In this document: positions 49,137 to 59,062 of the stretch, piece after piece
Layout: each line of letters begins with the position of its first letter
Position numbering within the stretch: the first letter of the stretch is position 1
From: a bacterium
GTDB lineage: Bacteria; SAR324; NAC60-12
Direction: 5' to 3'
Assembly (NCBI GenBank): GCA_965205865.1
Contig: CBDBHR010000029.1
Span: forward strand, 817,334-881,333
Length of the DNA: 64,000 nt
Notes under the pieces: generated by a model
Seen by the model: only the letters and a program-made list of their open reading frames with translations
What the model was told of the DNA's origin: nothing
Databases searched by the model: none
Made by a program: the position numbers and the translations under genes

Positions 49137-49736
49137 TTACTTTCTTTGCGCTTGTTGAAACACCATGGCGCTGTTACCTGCTACCACTTGCCATGCACCT
49201 TCCCGGACTTCTTGTTCCAATTGGCCCGGCCACCAGCCTGCATATCCCAAATAAACCCGAAATTGTTCCTCGGGATAGTTGAATTGGAGAATTGTTTCGA
49301 AGAGTCTGCGACTGTTGCCGAAATAGATATCTTCCAGAACGTGAATCACTTCGTCAGGGGGAGATGGGGTTTGGATCAAAAGAAATGCCCGGTTCCTGGC
49401 CACAGGTCCGCCAACGTATAAGTGATCTTCCCTGTGACTCCCCTTGAATTCCGGCCCCAAGGCTGAAAGATCGATGGACGTGGGGCGATTGACGATCAAC
49501 CCCATACTTCCGGAGGTATCATGATCGGTCAGCAGAATGACGGTTTCCCCAAAGTAAGTGCCTTGCAATTGCGGACTGGCAATCAAAAACTTCCCTTTTG
49601 CTAATTCCTCGCGCACCGGACGCTTGGAAAGGGCCGCAAATCGGGCGGCGGAGTTGGCCATCAGATCCCGGTCCGCCATTTCTGCTAATACCCAACTCAG
49701 TAAAACAAAGCACCCCAATATGAAGAGTTTTTTCAT
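49137..49736 (-). CDS. YqgE/AlgH family protein with N-terminal signal
   Basis: LIASP, GSMGLIVNRP, GGPV, LGYAGWWPGQLEQE. Confidence 0.88.
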   Translation of the reverse strand: MKKLFILGCFVLLSWVLAEMADRDLMANSAARFAALSKRPVREELAKGKFLIASPQLQGTYFGETVILLTDHDTSGSMGLIVNRPTSIDLSALGPEFKGSHREDHLYVGGPVARNRAFLLIQTPSPPDEVIHVLEDIYFGNSRRLFETILQFNYPEEQFRVYLGYAGWWPGQLEQEVREGAWQVVAGNSAMVFQQAQRK

Positions 49737-49950
49737 ATCATCTCCAAGCTGAATTAGTGATATTGATAAGAATTGTGATTATTTGACAAAGCGACTTCAA
49801 AAGTCCAGCAAATTCTTTTCAATCGGCCACTTTGTCATAGTTGGCCATATGCATATAAATTGACTTTGTACAACCTGTCGATATATTAACCTCAATTTTA
49901 ACAGGAAAAGTAGCAGAATTAATAAATTTGCCAATCCGGATCCAAGCTTT

Positions 49951-51720
49951 ATGCGCAGACGAACAGGAGGACATATTTTAGCCGATCAACTCAAAATCCA
50001 GGGAGTGGAACGTGTTTTCTGTTTGCCGGGTGAAAGTTTTCTCGAGTTGTTGGACGGGCTTTATGAACACCGGGACTCTATTCAAGTGATCACAACCCGA
50101 CACGAGGGAGGGGCGGCAAATATGGCCGAGGCGTCTGCCAAATTGACCGGTCGTCCGGGAGTGTGTCTGGTGACCCGCGGGCCGGGTGCCACGAACGCCT
50201 CGATCGGAATCCACACGGCCTTTCAGGATTCCACTCCCGTGATTCTCCTCATTGGTCAGGTAGAACGTTCGATGATGGACCGGGAAGCCTTTCAAGAAAT
50301 CGATTTCCGCCGTATGTATGGAGAAATGGCAAAATGGGTGGCGCAAATCGATAGCTCTTCCCGAATTCCGGAATACGTCAGCCGGGCTTTTCACGTCGCT
50401 CTTTGCGGACGCCCGGGTCCGGTGGTGCTTGCCTTGCCGGAGGATATGCTTCGCGAAGAGGCCAATGTGGAGGACGGCAAACCCGCGCATCGGGTGCAAG
50501 CTGCCCCTTCTCCCCAGTCCATGGAAACATTTCGGACGCATCTGCAAGGCGCCGAATCTCCTTTGCTAATAGTCGGGGGCGCCACCTGGACAGAAGAAGC
50601 GGTTGTCCGGATCACGGAGTTCGTGGAAGCGAATCGACTACCAGTTGCAGCATCTTTTCGCTCCCAGGACTGTTTTGACAATCGGCATCCCCAGTATGTA
50701 GGCGACATTGGCATCGCCCTCAATCCGTACCTGGAAAAATTCGTCAGAACCAGTGATTTACTGATTGTTGCCGGGCCAAGGCTGGGAGAAATGACGACAT
50801 CCGGCTACACGCTGCTCGACGTTCCCAATCCGACCCAGAAGCTGATCCATATTCATCCGGGTGCCGAAGAGTTAGGCCGTGTTTTTTATCCCACGTTGGC
50901 GATCAACGCCTCCATGGAGGAATTTACCGCGGCTCTGCCTAAGGTTTTTCCCGTGGATAGCGGGCGCTGGCGAGGAAACATTGCCAAGCACCGTGAATCG
51001 TATTTGGAATATAACATTCCCACTCCAGTCCCCGGATCTCTCAATTTTGGTGAAATCGTCGCGCATTTGAGTAAGGTGTTGCCTGAAGACGCCATCATTA
51101 CCAATGGCGCCGGGAATTACACGGTGTGGGTGCATCGTTTTTTTCAGCACAAACGCTACCGCACGCAAATTGCTCCCAGCAATGGTGCGATGGGATACTC
51201 GGTGCCAGCAGCTATCGGCGTAAAACTGGCAGCGCCGGAACGGTGTGTGGTCAGCTTCAACGGAGATGGATGTTTTCAAATATTCGGACAAGAACTGGGG
51301 ACAGCCATGCAATACGGGGTCGCGGTGATTTTCATCGTGGTCAACAATGGCATGTTGGGCACCATCCGTATGCACCAGGAACGTCATCATCCCGCACGCG
51401 TGATGGCAACCTCTTTGAAGAACCCCGATTTTGCAGCTCTCGCTCGAGCTTATGGCGCGTTTGGGGAACGGGTTCTCCAAACCAAAGCGTTTCCTGCAGC
51501 CTTTGAGAGGGCCAGGACAAGTGGAAAACCTGCTCTTTTGGAATTGATTGTCGACCCGGAAGCTCTCACCCCAAAACAATCTCTCAGTGCCATTCGAGAA
51601 GCCTCGCAAATGGCCATGAGTTTATACTATGGAGAAAAAAGATGTCACCAGTCACCCCAGTCGATCTGCCACGTGATTACTCCCAACGTATCAGGAACGC
51701 CCGGGACCTCAAAGGGTTGA
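49951..51720 (+). CDS. TPP-dependent enzyme (acetolactate synthase large-subunit-like)
   Basis: [31 protein letters not shown]-terminal tail overlaps the next gene. Confidence 0.9.
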   Translation: MRRRTGGHILADQLKIQGVERVFCLPGESFLELLDGLYEHRDSIQVITTRHEGGAANMAEASAKLTGRPGVCLVTRGPGATNASIGIHTAFQDSTPVILLIGQVERSMMDREAFQEIDFRRMYGEMAKWVAQIDSSSRIPEYVSRAFHVALCGRPGPVVLALPEDMLREEANVEDGKPAHRVQAAPSPQSMETFRTHLQGAESPLLIVGGATWTEEAVVRITEFVEANRLPVAASFRSQDCFDNRHPQYVGDIGIALNPYLEKFVRTSDLLIVAGPRLGEMTTSGYTLLDVPNPTQKLIHIHPGAEELGRVFYPTLAINASMEEFTAALPKVFPVDSGRWRGNIAKHRESYLEYNIPTPVPGSLNFGEIVAHLSKVLPEDAIITNGAGNYTVWVHRFFQHKRYRTQIAPSNGAMGYSVPAAIGVKLAAPERCVVSFNGDGCFQIFGQELGTAMQYGVAVIFIVVNNGMLGTIRMHQERHHPARVMATSLKNPDFAALARAYGAFGERVLQTKAFPAAFERARTSGKPALLELIVDPEALTPKQSLSAIREASQMAMSLYYGEKRCHQSPQSICHVITPNVSGTPGTSKG

Positions 51721-54700
51721 CGCAAACGCAATTCGCAGAGTTGATTGGCGTTTCCTTCGCCTCGGTCAATCGCTGGGAGAATGGACAATCTCGCCCCAAC
51801 AATCTTGCTTGGCGGCGCATTCTCGAGATCGAAAATTCGTCGGCAAGCGATGTCGTCAACGACTCTCCGGTTGTTTCTGAAAAAGAATCATCGAGGCGCT
51901 TCAGAGAAACTCCCTTGCAGGTACCCTTTCAGCAGAAATTGAATTTTTCTGCTGATGCGAATGCCGTTTCGACCGTCGCCGAGGCGCATCGACTGGCTTA
52001 CGGTCATCTCTTCAATCCCTCGTTCGCAACTGAAACGTCCCGGATCGACCCCCTGCCTCATCAACGAATCGCCGTCTACGAGCACATGCTGCAACAGTCC
52101 CCGCTACGATTTCTGCTGGCTGACGATGCGGGAGCCGGCAAGACGATCATGACGGGTCTGTATGTGCGCGAAATGCTGTCCCGACAGCTTATCCGTCGCG
52201 TGCTCATTGTGCCACCAGCCGGACTGCTAGGCAACTGGGAAAGCGAAATGTGGAACCTGTTTCGCTTGCAATTTCGCATCATCAGCGGCAGCGATGCGCG
52301 ATCAGGCAATCCCTTCCTTGGGCCGGAGAGCGACCTGGTCATCGTCAGCATCGACACTTTGGCCGGGGATCGACTCTTCGGTCAACTCAAAGACCCGAGG
52401 ACAGAGGCCTACGACCTCGTGGTCTTCGACGAGGCTCACAAACTCTCCGCGAATCGTCAGCCGGATTTTCGGGTACGCAAGACGGGTCGCTACAAGCTGG
52501 CAGAAGCCATCGCCGGAGGCGGAGCCGACAGTGAGCAATGGGCGCTGCCCTGGTCTGCCCGGCATTTGCTGTTGCTGACGGCAACGCCACACATGGGAAA
52601 GGACCATCCCTACTATTTCCTGTGGCGCTTGCTGCTGCCGGAAACACTCTCGACCTACGATGCATTCGCCAGCTTCTCCGCTGATTCCCGACAAAGGCAT
52701 TTTATTCGCCGCACCAAGGAGGAGATGGTTCAGTTCGATGGTCTTCCGCTCTATCCCCGCAGAACCTGCAACACGTTAAGCTACCAACTGACGCAGGGAC
52801 CGGAAAACGAACAGGAACTCTACGATGAAACGACGGACTACATCCGCAACAACTACAACCGGGCCAGGATTCTGAATCGATCCGCCGCCCGGCTGGCGAT
52901 GAGCGTCTTCCAGCGGCGTCTCGCCAGTTCCACCTATGCCCTTATGCGCTCCTTCGAGCGTCGCCGAGACAAGCTCACGGCTTTTATTAACGACATTCGG
53001 AACGAGCGGCTCACCGAGGAACAACTTGCGCAACAACAACGACGCCTTGATAACCTCGACGACCAATTCGAAACGAGGACGGCTGACGAGGACGCCGCGT
53101 CCGGAGACGGCCGCGAGCAACATGAAGATTTCGAGTCCAGCGCTCTTGCCGGCACCGTCGCGGTCAGTCTCGCCGAGCTCGAGAAGGAACGTTTCCGGGT
53201 CGCAGAGTTGCTCGACAAAGCACGGAAACTGTACAACGCCGGCGAGGAATCCAAATTCGAGAGACTCCGCGATGTGCTCCAAAATCCCGAATACGCCGAC
53301 CAGAAATTCATTATCTTCACCGAGCACCGCGATACGGCAAACTTCCTCGTGCGCAGACTCGAAAAACTCGGCTTCACCGGTCAGGTCTCCCTGATCCATG
53401 GTGGCATGCCGTACCGGGAGCGTGAGCGACAGGTGGAGTTTTTCCGCAAGCCCTCGACTGGAGAGGGAGCCAACTACCTTGTCGCCACCGACGCTGCCGG
53501 AGAAGGCATCAATCTCCAGTTTTGCTGGTTGATGGTGAACTACGATATCCCCTGGAATCCGGCAAGGCTCGAGCAACGGATGGGACGCATTCATCGCTAT
53601 GGCCAGACGCACGATCCGGTGATCATCATCAACCTGGTGGCAGGAAGCACGCGCGAGGGACGGGTTCTGAAGACGTTGCTCGACAAACTCGAAACAATCC
53701 GTCTCCAACTCCAATCCGACAAGGTATTCGACGTCATCGGCCACCTTTTCCGGGACCTGTCCATCAAGGACTATCTCGAGCAGGCGCTCACGGAAGAAGA
53801 CCCTGCAGCCGCCGTTGAACGTTTGCAAGGCAACCTCACAGGGGAACAAGTCCGGGCTCTCGAGGAAAAGGAGCGCCTGCTATTCGGGGAAGGTGGCGAC
53901 GTCTCCCGCGAACTGGCGCGTCTCAACGATCAGGTGGAGCAGGAAAGTTATCGACGGCTTCTGCCCGGCTACGTGAGACGTTTCCTGGAGAAAGCGGCAC
54001 CGCTGCTCGACCTGCGTATCAAGGGAAATCCGGAAGTTACCTTCGCGCTCTCCCCTGAACAACCCCGTGCGCTCGATGCGTTGTTACCGGTACTTGAAAT
54101 GTATCCCGCAAACACCCGCGATCGTCTGACTGTACATAAACCCGGCAAGAACGAAGAGGTGATCTGGATGCACCCGGGGGAACCGCTGTTTGATCGAATC
54201 TCCACCTCGATTTTAAACCGTTTCGGGCTTGAAGGACTGAAGGGTTCCGTGTTCATCGATCCAAACGCAGCCGAGCCTTATCTGTTCCACGTCGTTTCGG
54301 TTTCCATTGAAAGGTCCTGCAATCAGAACAACACGCAATCGGCCGCTCTGTTGAACGAACCCGGCAACGCCGGAACAGGCACGGGGATTCCCACCTCTTC
54401 GACTGAAAGATACGGTGGGAGCGTTCCCACTCCTTCGATCAATAAATACTGTGGTAGGGTGGTCGATTCGAGACTGCTCGGCCTGCGTCAAATGAACGAC
54501 GGTACCGTTACGCAGTGTCCGGTCGAGCATCTGCTCCTCTTGAGAGAGACCCGGGGCTTCGCTCCGAGCCGGATACCGTTGGCTGCCCGAGCACGCCGGA
54601 TGGCTTCCGCGGCGCTTGAATTTGTTCGGGACGAGGTAGCGGAAGGACTGGCGCAGACCCATCGACGACGACTCCTCGACGAATTACCGGCCCGTATGGA

Positions 54701-55469
54701 GCTCCTCAAACGGGGCTTCGACCATCAGGAAGCCGAACTCGTGCAGGCCCGGGATCGCTGCAATAAAAAAGCCAGCGCCGGTGATCGCCACGCCGGGGAA
54801 GAACTCCCCAGGATCAAAGAACGGCAGCGGAGTCTGAAGGCAGCAAGAACTCGCAGGCTCACCGAACTGAAAGCCGAACCCCAACTCATTCAGACCGGCA
54901 AAGTCGAATTCCTCGTGCACGCGCTCGTGGTGCCCGTTCAGCACCCCGAGGAGGCCGAGCGCTATGATGCCGACGTCGAGGCCATCGCCATGAAAGTGGT
55001 CACTGCCTACGAGGAGCGTTATGGGGCCGAGGTGATAGACGTTTCGCAACCTGAACTTGCGCGTCGCGCGGGGTTGGACAACTGGCCGGGCTTCGATCTC
55101 TTGTCCCGCCCCGCAAACGCCCATGGTCCCGTAGAGAATTCCCACCCTATCGATCCAATGACACTGTGGGAGGGTTCCCACCCGATCGATCAAGAAAAAC
55201 TTTGGGAGCAGCGAGCCATCGAGGTCAAAGGTCGCGCCGGTACCACTAATGTCGAGATGAGCGCCAACGAATGGACCAGGGCCTGCAATCTCCGCGATAA
55301 ATACTGGCTCTACGTCGTCTTTGACTGCGCCACGCCGCGCCCGCGTTTGCTGCGGGTGCGCGATCCGTTTGCAAGGCTGATCGCCGCAAGCCGCGAATCT
55401 TTTGCGTACACGATCACTCCGAAGTCCCTGCACGAGGTGGCAGAGCTCTCGGGGGATATGGAGACCTGA
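51642..55469 (+). CDS. XRE-HTH + SNF2 helicase + DUF3883-type nuclease fusion (defence-associated)
   Basis: LTQ..FA..IGVS..SVNRWENG; LLADDAGAGKT, DEAH, TATP, GEGINLQ, WNPARLEQRMGRIHR; GFDLLS..IEVKG...NEW. Confidence 0.9.
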   Translation: MSPVTPVDLPRDYSQRIRNARDLKGLTQTQFAELIGVSFASVNRWENGQSRPNNLAWRRILEIENSSASDVVNDSPVVSEKESSRRFRETPLQVPFQQKLNFSADANAVSTVAEAHRLAYGHLFNPSFATETSRIDPLPHQRIAVYEHMLQQSPLRFLLADDAGAGKTIMTGLYVREMLSRQLIRRVLIVPPAGLLGNWESEMWNLFRLQFRIISGSDARSGNPFLGPESDLVIVSIDTLAGDRLFGQLKDPRTEAYDLVVFDEAHKLSANRQPDFRVRKTGRYKLAEAIAGGGADSEQWALPWSARHLLLLTATPHMGKDHPYYFLWRLLLPETLSTYDAFASFSADSRQRHFIRRTKEEMVQFDGLPLYPRRTCNTLSYQLTQGPENEQELYDETTDYIRNNYNRARILNRSAARLAMSVFQRRLASSTYALMRSFERRRDKLTAFINDIRNERLTEEQLAQQQRRLDNLDDQFETRTADEDAASGDGREQHEDFESSALAGTVAVSLAELEKERFRVAELLDKARKLYNAGEESKFERLRDVLQNPEYADQKFIIFTEHRDTANFLVRRLEKLGFTGQVSLIHGGMPYRERERQVEFFRKPSTGEGANYLVATDAAGEGINLQFCWLMVNYDIPWNPARLEQRMGRIHRYGQTHDPVIIINLVAGSTREGRVLKTLLDKLETIRLQLQSDKVFDVIGHLFRDLSIKDYLEQALTEEDPAAAVERLQGNLTGEQVRALEEKERLLFGEGGDVSRELARLNDQVEQESYRRLLPGYVRRFLEKAAPLLDLRIKGNPEVTFALSPEQPRALDALLPVLEMYPANTRDRLTVHKPGKNEEVIWMHPGEPLFDRISTSILNRFGLEGLKGSVFIDPNAAEPYLFHVVSVSIERSCNQNNTQSAALLNEPGNAGTGTGIPTSSTERYGGSVPTPSINKYCGRVVDSRLLGLRQMNDGTVTQCPVEHLLLLRETRGFAPSRIPLAARARRMASAALEFVRDEVAEGLAQTHRRRLLDELPARMELLKRGFDHQEAELVQARDRCNKKASAGDRHAGEELPRIKERQRSLKAARTRRLTELKAEPQLIQTGKVEFLVHALVVPVQHPEEAERYDADVEAIAMKVVTAYEERYGAEVIDVSQPELARRAGLDNWPGFDLLSRPANAHGPVENSHPIDPMTLWEGSHPIDQEKLWEQRAIEVKGRAGTTNVEMSANEWTRACNLRDKYWLYVVFDCATPRPRLLRVRDPFARLIAASRESFAYTITPKSLHEVAELSGDMET
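54383..54454 (+). repeat. Tandem pair of degenerate 36-bp repeats inside the helicase gene
   Basis: ggggattcccacctcttcgactgaaagatacggtgg / gagcgttcccactccttcgatcaataaatactgtgg. Confidence 0.7.
55134..55205 (+). repeat. Tandem pair of 36-bp repeats inside the DUF3883 domain
   Basis: gagaattcccaccctatcgatccaatgacactgtgg / gagggttcccacccgatcgatcaagaaaaactttgg. Confidence 0.85.
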
Positions 55470-55516
55470 AGGTCTCCAAGATGAAAGTGGTCAATTTGAA
55501 TCTTACGCTTGCAATA

Positions 55517-55542
55517 GCAGGGGCATCCCTTGTGGGTGCCCT
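55517..55542 (+). repeat. GTAG-family REP-like hairpin
   Basis: gcaggggcatcccttgtgggtgccct. Confidence 0.55.
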
Positions 55543-55565
55543 TTTCCATATCGTTTCCAACTCAC

Positions 55566-55829
55566 TTGAAAAAAGAGCATGAAACGTCAGCGGAATACCG
55601 GCTGCATCTTCAAATCAGGCGATTGAAAACCGGTGAATACCTTGCGACTTCGGATGATTTCCCCGCTCTGGTTGCCCAAAGGAGAACCGTAGCCGAAACG
55701 GTTGAAATTTGCCGGGATGTGGCAAGAAAGTTGATGGAATCTCTACGGGAACATGGCGACCCCCTGCCCAAGACCTTGCGTGCCATCAATACGCAAGTCT
55801 TCGAGTTAGATGTCGCTGTGGGCGTCTGA
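55566..55829 (+). CDS. HicB/DUF1902-like antitoxin (start uncertain)
   Basis: YLATSDDFPALVAQ.RTVAETVEICRDVARKL. Confidence 0.7.
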   Translation: MKKEHETSAEYRLHLQIRRLKTGEYLATSDDFPALVAQRRTVAETVEICRDVARKLMESLREHGDPLPKTLRAINTQVFELDVAVGV

Positions 55830-55858
55830 TGGGTGGCTGGCAGGTTTCACTTGTCGAT
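55829..55858 (+). pseudogene. Remnant 5' end of a hicA-like toxin gene
   Basis: ATG overlaps the hicB stop; restoring one base gives MGRLAGFTCR, a HicA-like N-terminus; nothing follows. Confidence 0.35.
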
Positions 55859-56187
55859 GGATGAATTGAAGACACCGTTTTCTTGTCGGACCGAACGACA
55901 GTTGCGTCACGTTTTCAATGGACAAGTTTAATGATCACCTGTATGCTATGCGTATTTCAAACTGAGAAATTGTGCGATCTGGAATTTATGGGCCTGCATA
56001 CCATTATTCTCATTGAGGAGATGCCGCCGTATTCTCCGACGAAACCACGACTCTTTCGCACAATTTATTGGTGGAGAAGCCGAACTATGGAGCGCTTCAC
56101 CTGAATGACCGGTAAGGCATTGAAAAATTAAAGGCCTGTCAACAGGTTGAAGAAACGCCTGGGTATACCGAAGGAAAGGTTAATAAA

Positions 56188-56601
56188 ATGGGAGCAACTC
56201 ACGTCACCGTTACCATTCGGAACCCGGCTGATCCGGACAGAAGTTGGGAAGAGCTGTTTCTGGTCGATACGGGTGCGACCGATTCGCTCGTGCCCAGACC
56301 ACACCTGGAAGCCATCGGTCTCAAGCCCAAAGGCCAGCGGGTATATGAACTGGCCGATGGTCGTGAGATCAAAATGGATATTACGACCGCGGACATTGAA
56401 TTCATGGGCGAAATCGTCGGCGGAACGATTTTATTCGGCGAGGCGAATGCCGAACCGCTGTTGGGTGTCACCGCCTTGGAATCGGTGGGTATCGAAGTCG
56501 ACCCGAGCAACCAACGATTGAAGAGACTGCCCGCCGTGCGGCTCAAGACCCTGCGGAGAATAAATCGAGCCCGGCTGAACGAAACTACTTGCTTATTTTG
56601 A
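56188..56601 (+). CDS. Clan AA aspartic protease (AF_0612-like)
   Basis: LVDTGATDS, LADG, EPLLGVTALE. Confidence 0.88.
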   Translation: MGATHVTVTIRNPADPDRSWEELFLVDTGATDSLVPRPHLEAIGLKPKGQRVYELADGREIKMDITTADIEFMGEIVGGTILFGEANAEPLLGVTALESVGIEVDPSNQRLKRLPAVRLKTLRRINRARLNETTCLF

Positions 56602-56605
56602 CGCA

Positions 56606-59062
56606 ATGTATAAGAAAATCACAGCAACAATTCGGAATTGGTATTGTCGTTTCTTGCGCTCCGGACTATTCAAGTCAGCTGATAATCATGAAATCTCGCC
56701 AACGATTCTCAGAGGTGAGTCGGTAGATAGAAACTCTGATGGCAACGACATACCGCAGCAACCCGAATCCGGAGATCAAGTTGTAAATCCGGGCGCAGAA
56801 CCATCAGATGATTATTCGGAAAAGGTCCATCCCAGTGGAAGTGACGACGAAACTGAGTCCGACAGTTGCTACACCGCCGATGGTCAGGACAATTCGTCCG
56901 AAATACCAGTCCACCAAATTGACCGACCGACGGCCAATGACGAATCGGCCGAGTTCGGCGACGCTACGGACAGTTGGCAGTGCCCTCGGACCTTCACGGA
57001 GAGCGAGCAGGACATACCGAGCAGCGACGATTCACTGAGTGAGTTGTCTGCCCATCCGCCGGAAGACATTGCGCAGAAACCGGATTCGCCTTCCGCGCAC
57101 CCTACTGAAGAGACCGCGATAACGCCTCAGAGTGGCAGCTCCAACATCGGCAACGATTCATCGGAGGATTCGTCGAAGCGGGCTGAAGAACCTGAATCGA
57201 CAGAACCTCGCCAGATTGGCGGAAGGCGACCGCGCCCGACTCGCAACCAACCATCGCCCAAGGAGAATCCCGGCGCGAGGCCACAATTCACGCCCAGACC
57301 CGAACTCATCTGCCGCAAGGTTCCCGGATCGTGGCAATGGGAGGTGGTGCTGCTTGCGGCTGAAGAGTGCCGCATCAAGGAAGTGCGGCACGGTGGGGAA
57401 TCCTTGGTCCCGACGAACGGCGAATACCGCTTATCATCCTTGGCTGGCGAATTGTCCATTGACTATGAAGATCGAAAGCAGGATAAGTTCCCGCTCTTCG
57501 ATGGTAGGCCAATGGTGTTCAAATCTCGGAATGACTGGCGTGGCGATGGTCAGAGGGTTAGTGGCATCACCAGCGGACACTACATCGTCATCACACCGAA
57601 GGAGTGGAAACGCACGGGTCGCGCTCCCGTTGAACAGGAAGGATGCGCAGATACGGATTTCATGGCGCACTACTTCTACCTGCGGAAAGGCGAGTCGGCG
57701 GGAGATATAGACCGGTTCGAGGGATACGAACTGCCACTGACCGAATCCGGCTTTGAGCTGACCGGTGACCGCGTCTTCGATGACTCCAAAGACGGCGAAT
57801 TGTTCGTTGGCGCTCCTCCAAGACTGCTCCCTGCCTCCGGTATCGTGTGGGCACGAATCGGCGAGGAAAAGGAAGGTGGTTGGAAAGGCGAGAACTTCGA
57901 GCCGGTCGCGCGATCTCTTGCTGATGTTTTACAGGGCCGTGAAGGGCGGTTTTTCGTCCGTGTATACGACGATGACGCCAAGTTGCTGGATAGTGGCGAG
58001 TTTCGATATTTGCGTAATCTTCGAGAAATACGCGTGAATGACGAACTCTACAGTGCAGACACGCTACTGGTGCCACCCTCCGCTGGTCATACTTCGGCGC
58101 AGGTGAAATTTATTGGTGTTGGGGACGCCGCCATTCGCCCAATCCTGCCGACCGAGATTACGCTTGCGCTCGTGGGGCAGGGAGATGTCCTCATCGTCGA
58201 GCCGCATCCGGAAGGCGACGACATATCCTGTACTCTGACTTCCGGTACAAACCGAGTTGATACCGTAATCAAGCTGCCGCGTATCTGGTGGCGGATGGAG
58301 CGAGATGAAGGCGAGTCCGATGAATGGCGCGATACTCCCCTGGCGATGACGCGACAAGAATTTCGCAAGTACGCTGAGACGGGAACGGAGATTCGATTGC
58401 GCTTGCCTCCGCGGATCACGTCGATCAAGTCAGGATTCGATGAAAAAGTGGACCGAGTCTACCGCCCTTCCGGCAAAGGAGCTGAAATCGAGATCCCCCT
58501 GGATCACTTTGTCGACTACTCGCAGATTGACCGGAAACCTTACGAGGATGCCTCGTTCAAGGTCCAATGTGAAGAAGCGGCCCTGACACTCATCCGGATT
58601 AACGCCGACCCGGTGCCGACGATCATCTCCTTTACGTCGGAACCGACGGTGGTCGTCAAGGGAGAGGCTGCGACATTGTATTGGGTTACCCGGAATACGG
58701 AGTCCGATGACGTCGCGATCGAGCCCGGAATCGGCTCAGTGAAGTCGAGCGGGAGCATTTCGGTCGTGCCCACCGAAACCACGACCTACACGTTGACGCT
58801 GATGGCTTCCGACAGGGATAACGTGGCCAAAGACCTTGTTCTGACAGTTCACTCCCATCCACTGGCTGGAGAGCGGCCGGTTGCTCACGCCAAACGTACA
58901 GGTAGAAGCTGGCGACAAGGCAAGGGATTCAGCCGGGCCGAGATTCGCGCCGCAGGTCTCACTGACACCGACGCGGCGCGTCGGTCCATCTCCATCGATA
59001 AGCGCCGCCGGAGTATGCACCAAGACAACATAGAGACAATTCGGAGGTCGATCGATGACTGA
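56606..59062 (+). CDS. Multidomain protein: acidic disordered N-terminus, beta-rich core, Ig-like domain, C-terminal eL13-like domain
   Basis: C-terminal RQGKGFSRAEIRAAGL...RRSISIDKRRRSMHQDNIETI; Ig-like PTIISF..P..V..GE..TL.W...PTETTTYTLT. Confidence 0.8.
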   Translation: MYKKITATIRNWYCRFLRSGLFKSADNHEISPTILRGESVDRNSDGNDIPQQPESGDQVVNPGAEPSDDYSEKVHPSGSDDETESDSCYTADGQDNSSEIPVHQIDRPTANDESAEFGDATDSWQCPRTFTESEQDIPSSDDSLSELSAHPPEDIAQKPDSPSAHPTEETAITPQSGSSNIGNDSSEDSSKRAEEPESTEPRQIGGRRPRPTRNQPSPKENPGARPQFTPRPELICRKVPGSWQWEVVLLAAEECRIKEVRHGGESLVPTNGEYRLSSLAGELSIDYEDRKQDKFPLFDGRPMVFKSRNDWRGDGQRVSGITSGHYIVITPKEWKRTGRAPVEQEGCADTDFMAHYFYLRKGESAGDIDRFEGYELPLTESGFELTGDRVFDDSKDGELFVGAPPRLLPASGIVWARIGEEKEGGWKGENFEPVARSLADVLQGREGRFFVRVYDDDAKLLDSGEFRYLRNLREIRVNDELYSADTLLVPPSAGHTSAQVKFIGVGDAAIRPILPTEITLALVGQGDVLIVEPHPEGDDISCTLTSGTNRVDTVIKLPRIWWRMERDEGESDEWRDTPLAMTRQEFRKYAETGTEIRLRLPPRITSIKSGFDEKVDRVYRPSGKGAEIEIPLDHFVDYSQIDRKPYEDASFKVQCEEAALTLIRINADPVPTIISFTSEPTVVVKGEAATLYWVTRNTESDDVAIEPGIGSVKSSGSISVVPTETTTYTLTLMASDRDNVAKDLVLTVHSHPLAGERPVAHAKRTGRSWRQGKGFSRAEIRAAGLTDTDAARRSISIDKRRRSMHQDNIETIRRSIDD

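Noticed and set aside
49040-49140. Frameshifted C-terminus of the AlgH-like gene
   Set aside because: The end looks short, but the alternative-frame continuation is not convincing without an alignment
52776-53849. Long antisense ORFs (this one, 7455-8516, 13196-13951 and similar)
   Set aside because: Shadows of well-supported opposite-strand genes with no recognisable motifs
47876-55205. 36-bp repeats as a CRISPR array
   Set aside because: Units are contiguous with no spacers, at most two per locus, degenerate, and no cas genes are present
58874-59062. A genuine ribosomal L13e gene or archaeal contamination
   Set aside because: The domain is fused in frame to an 818-aa ORF within a bacterial-type operon
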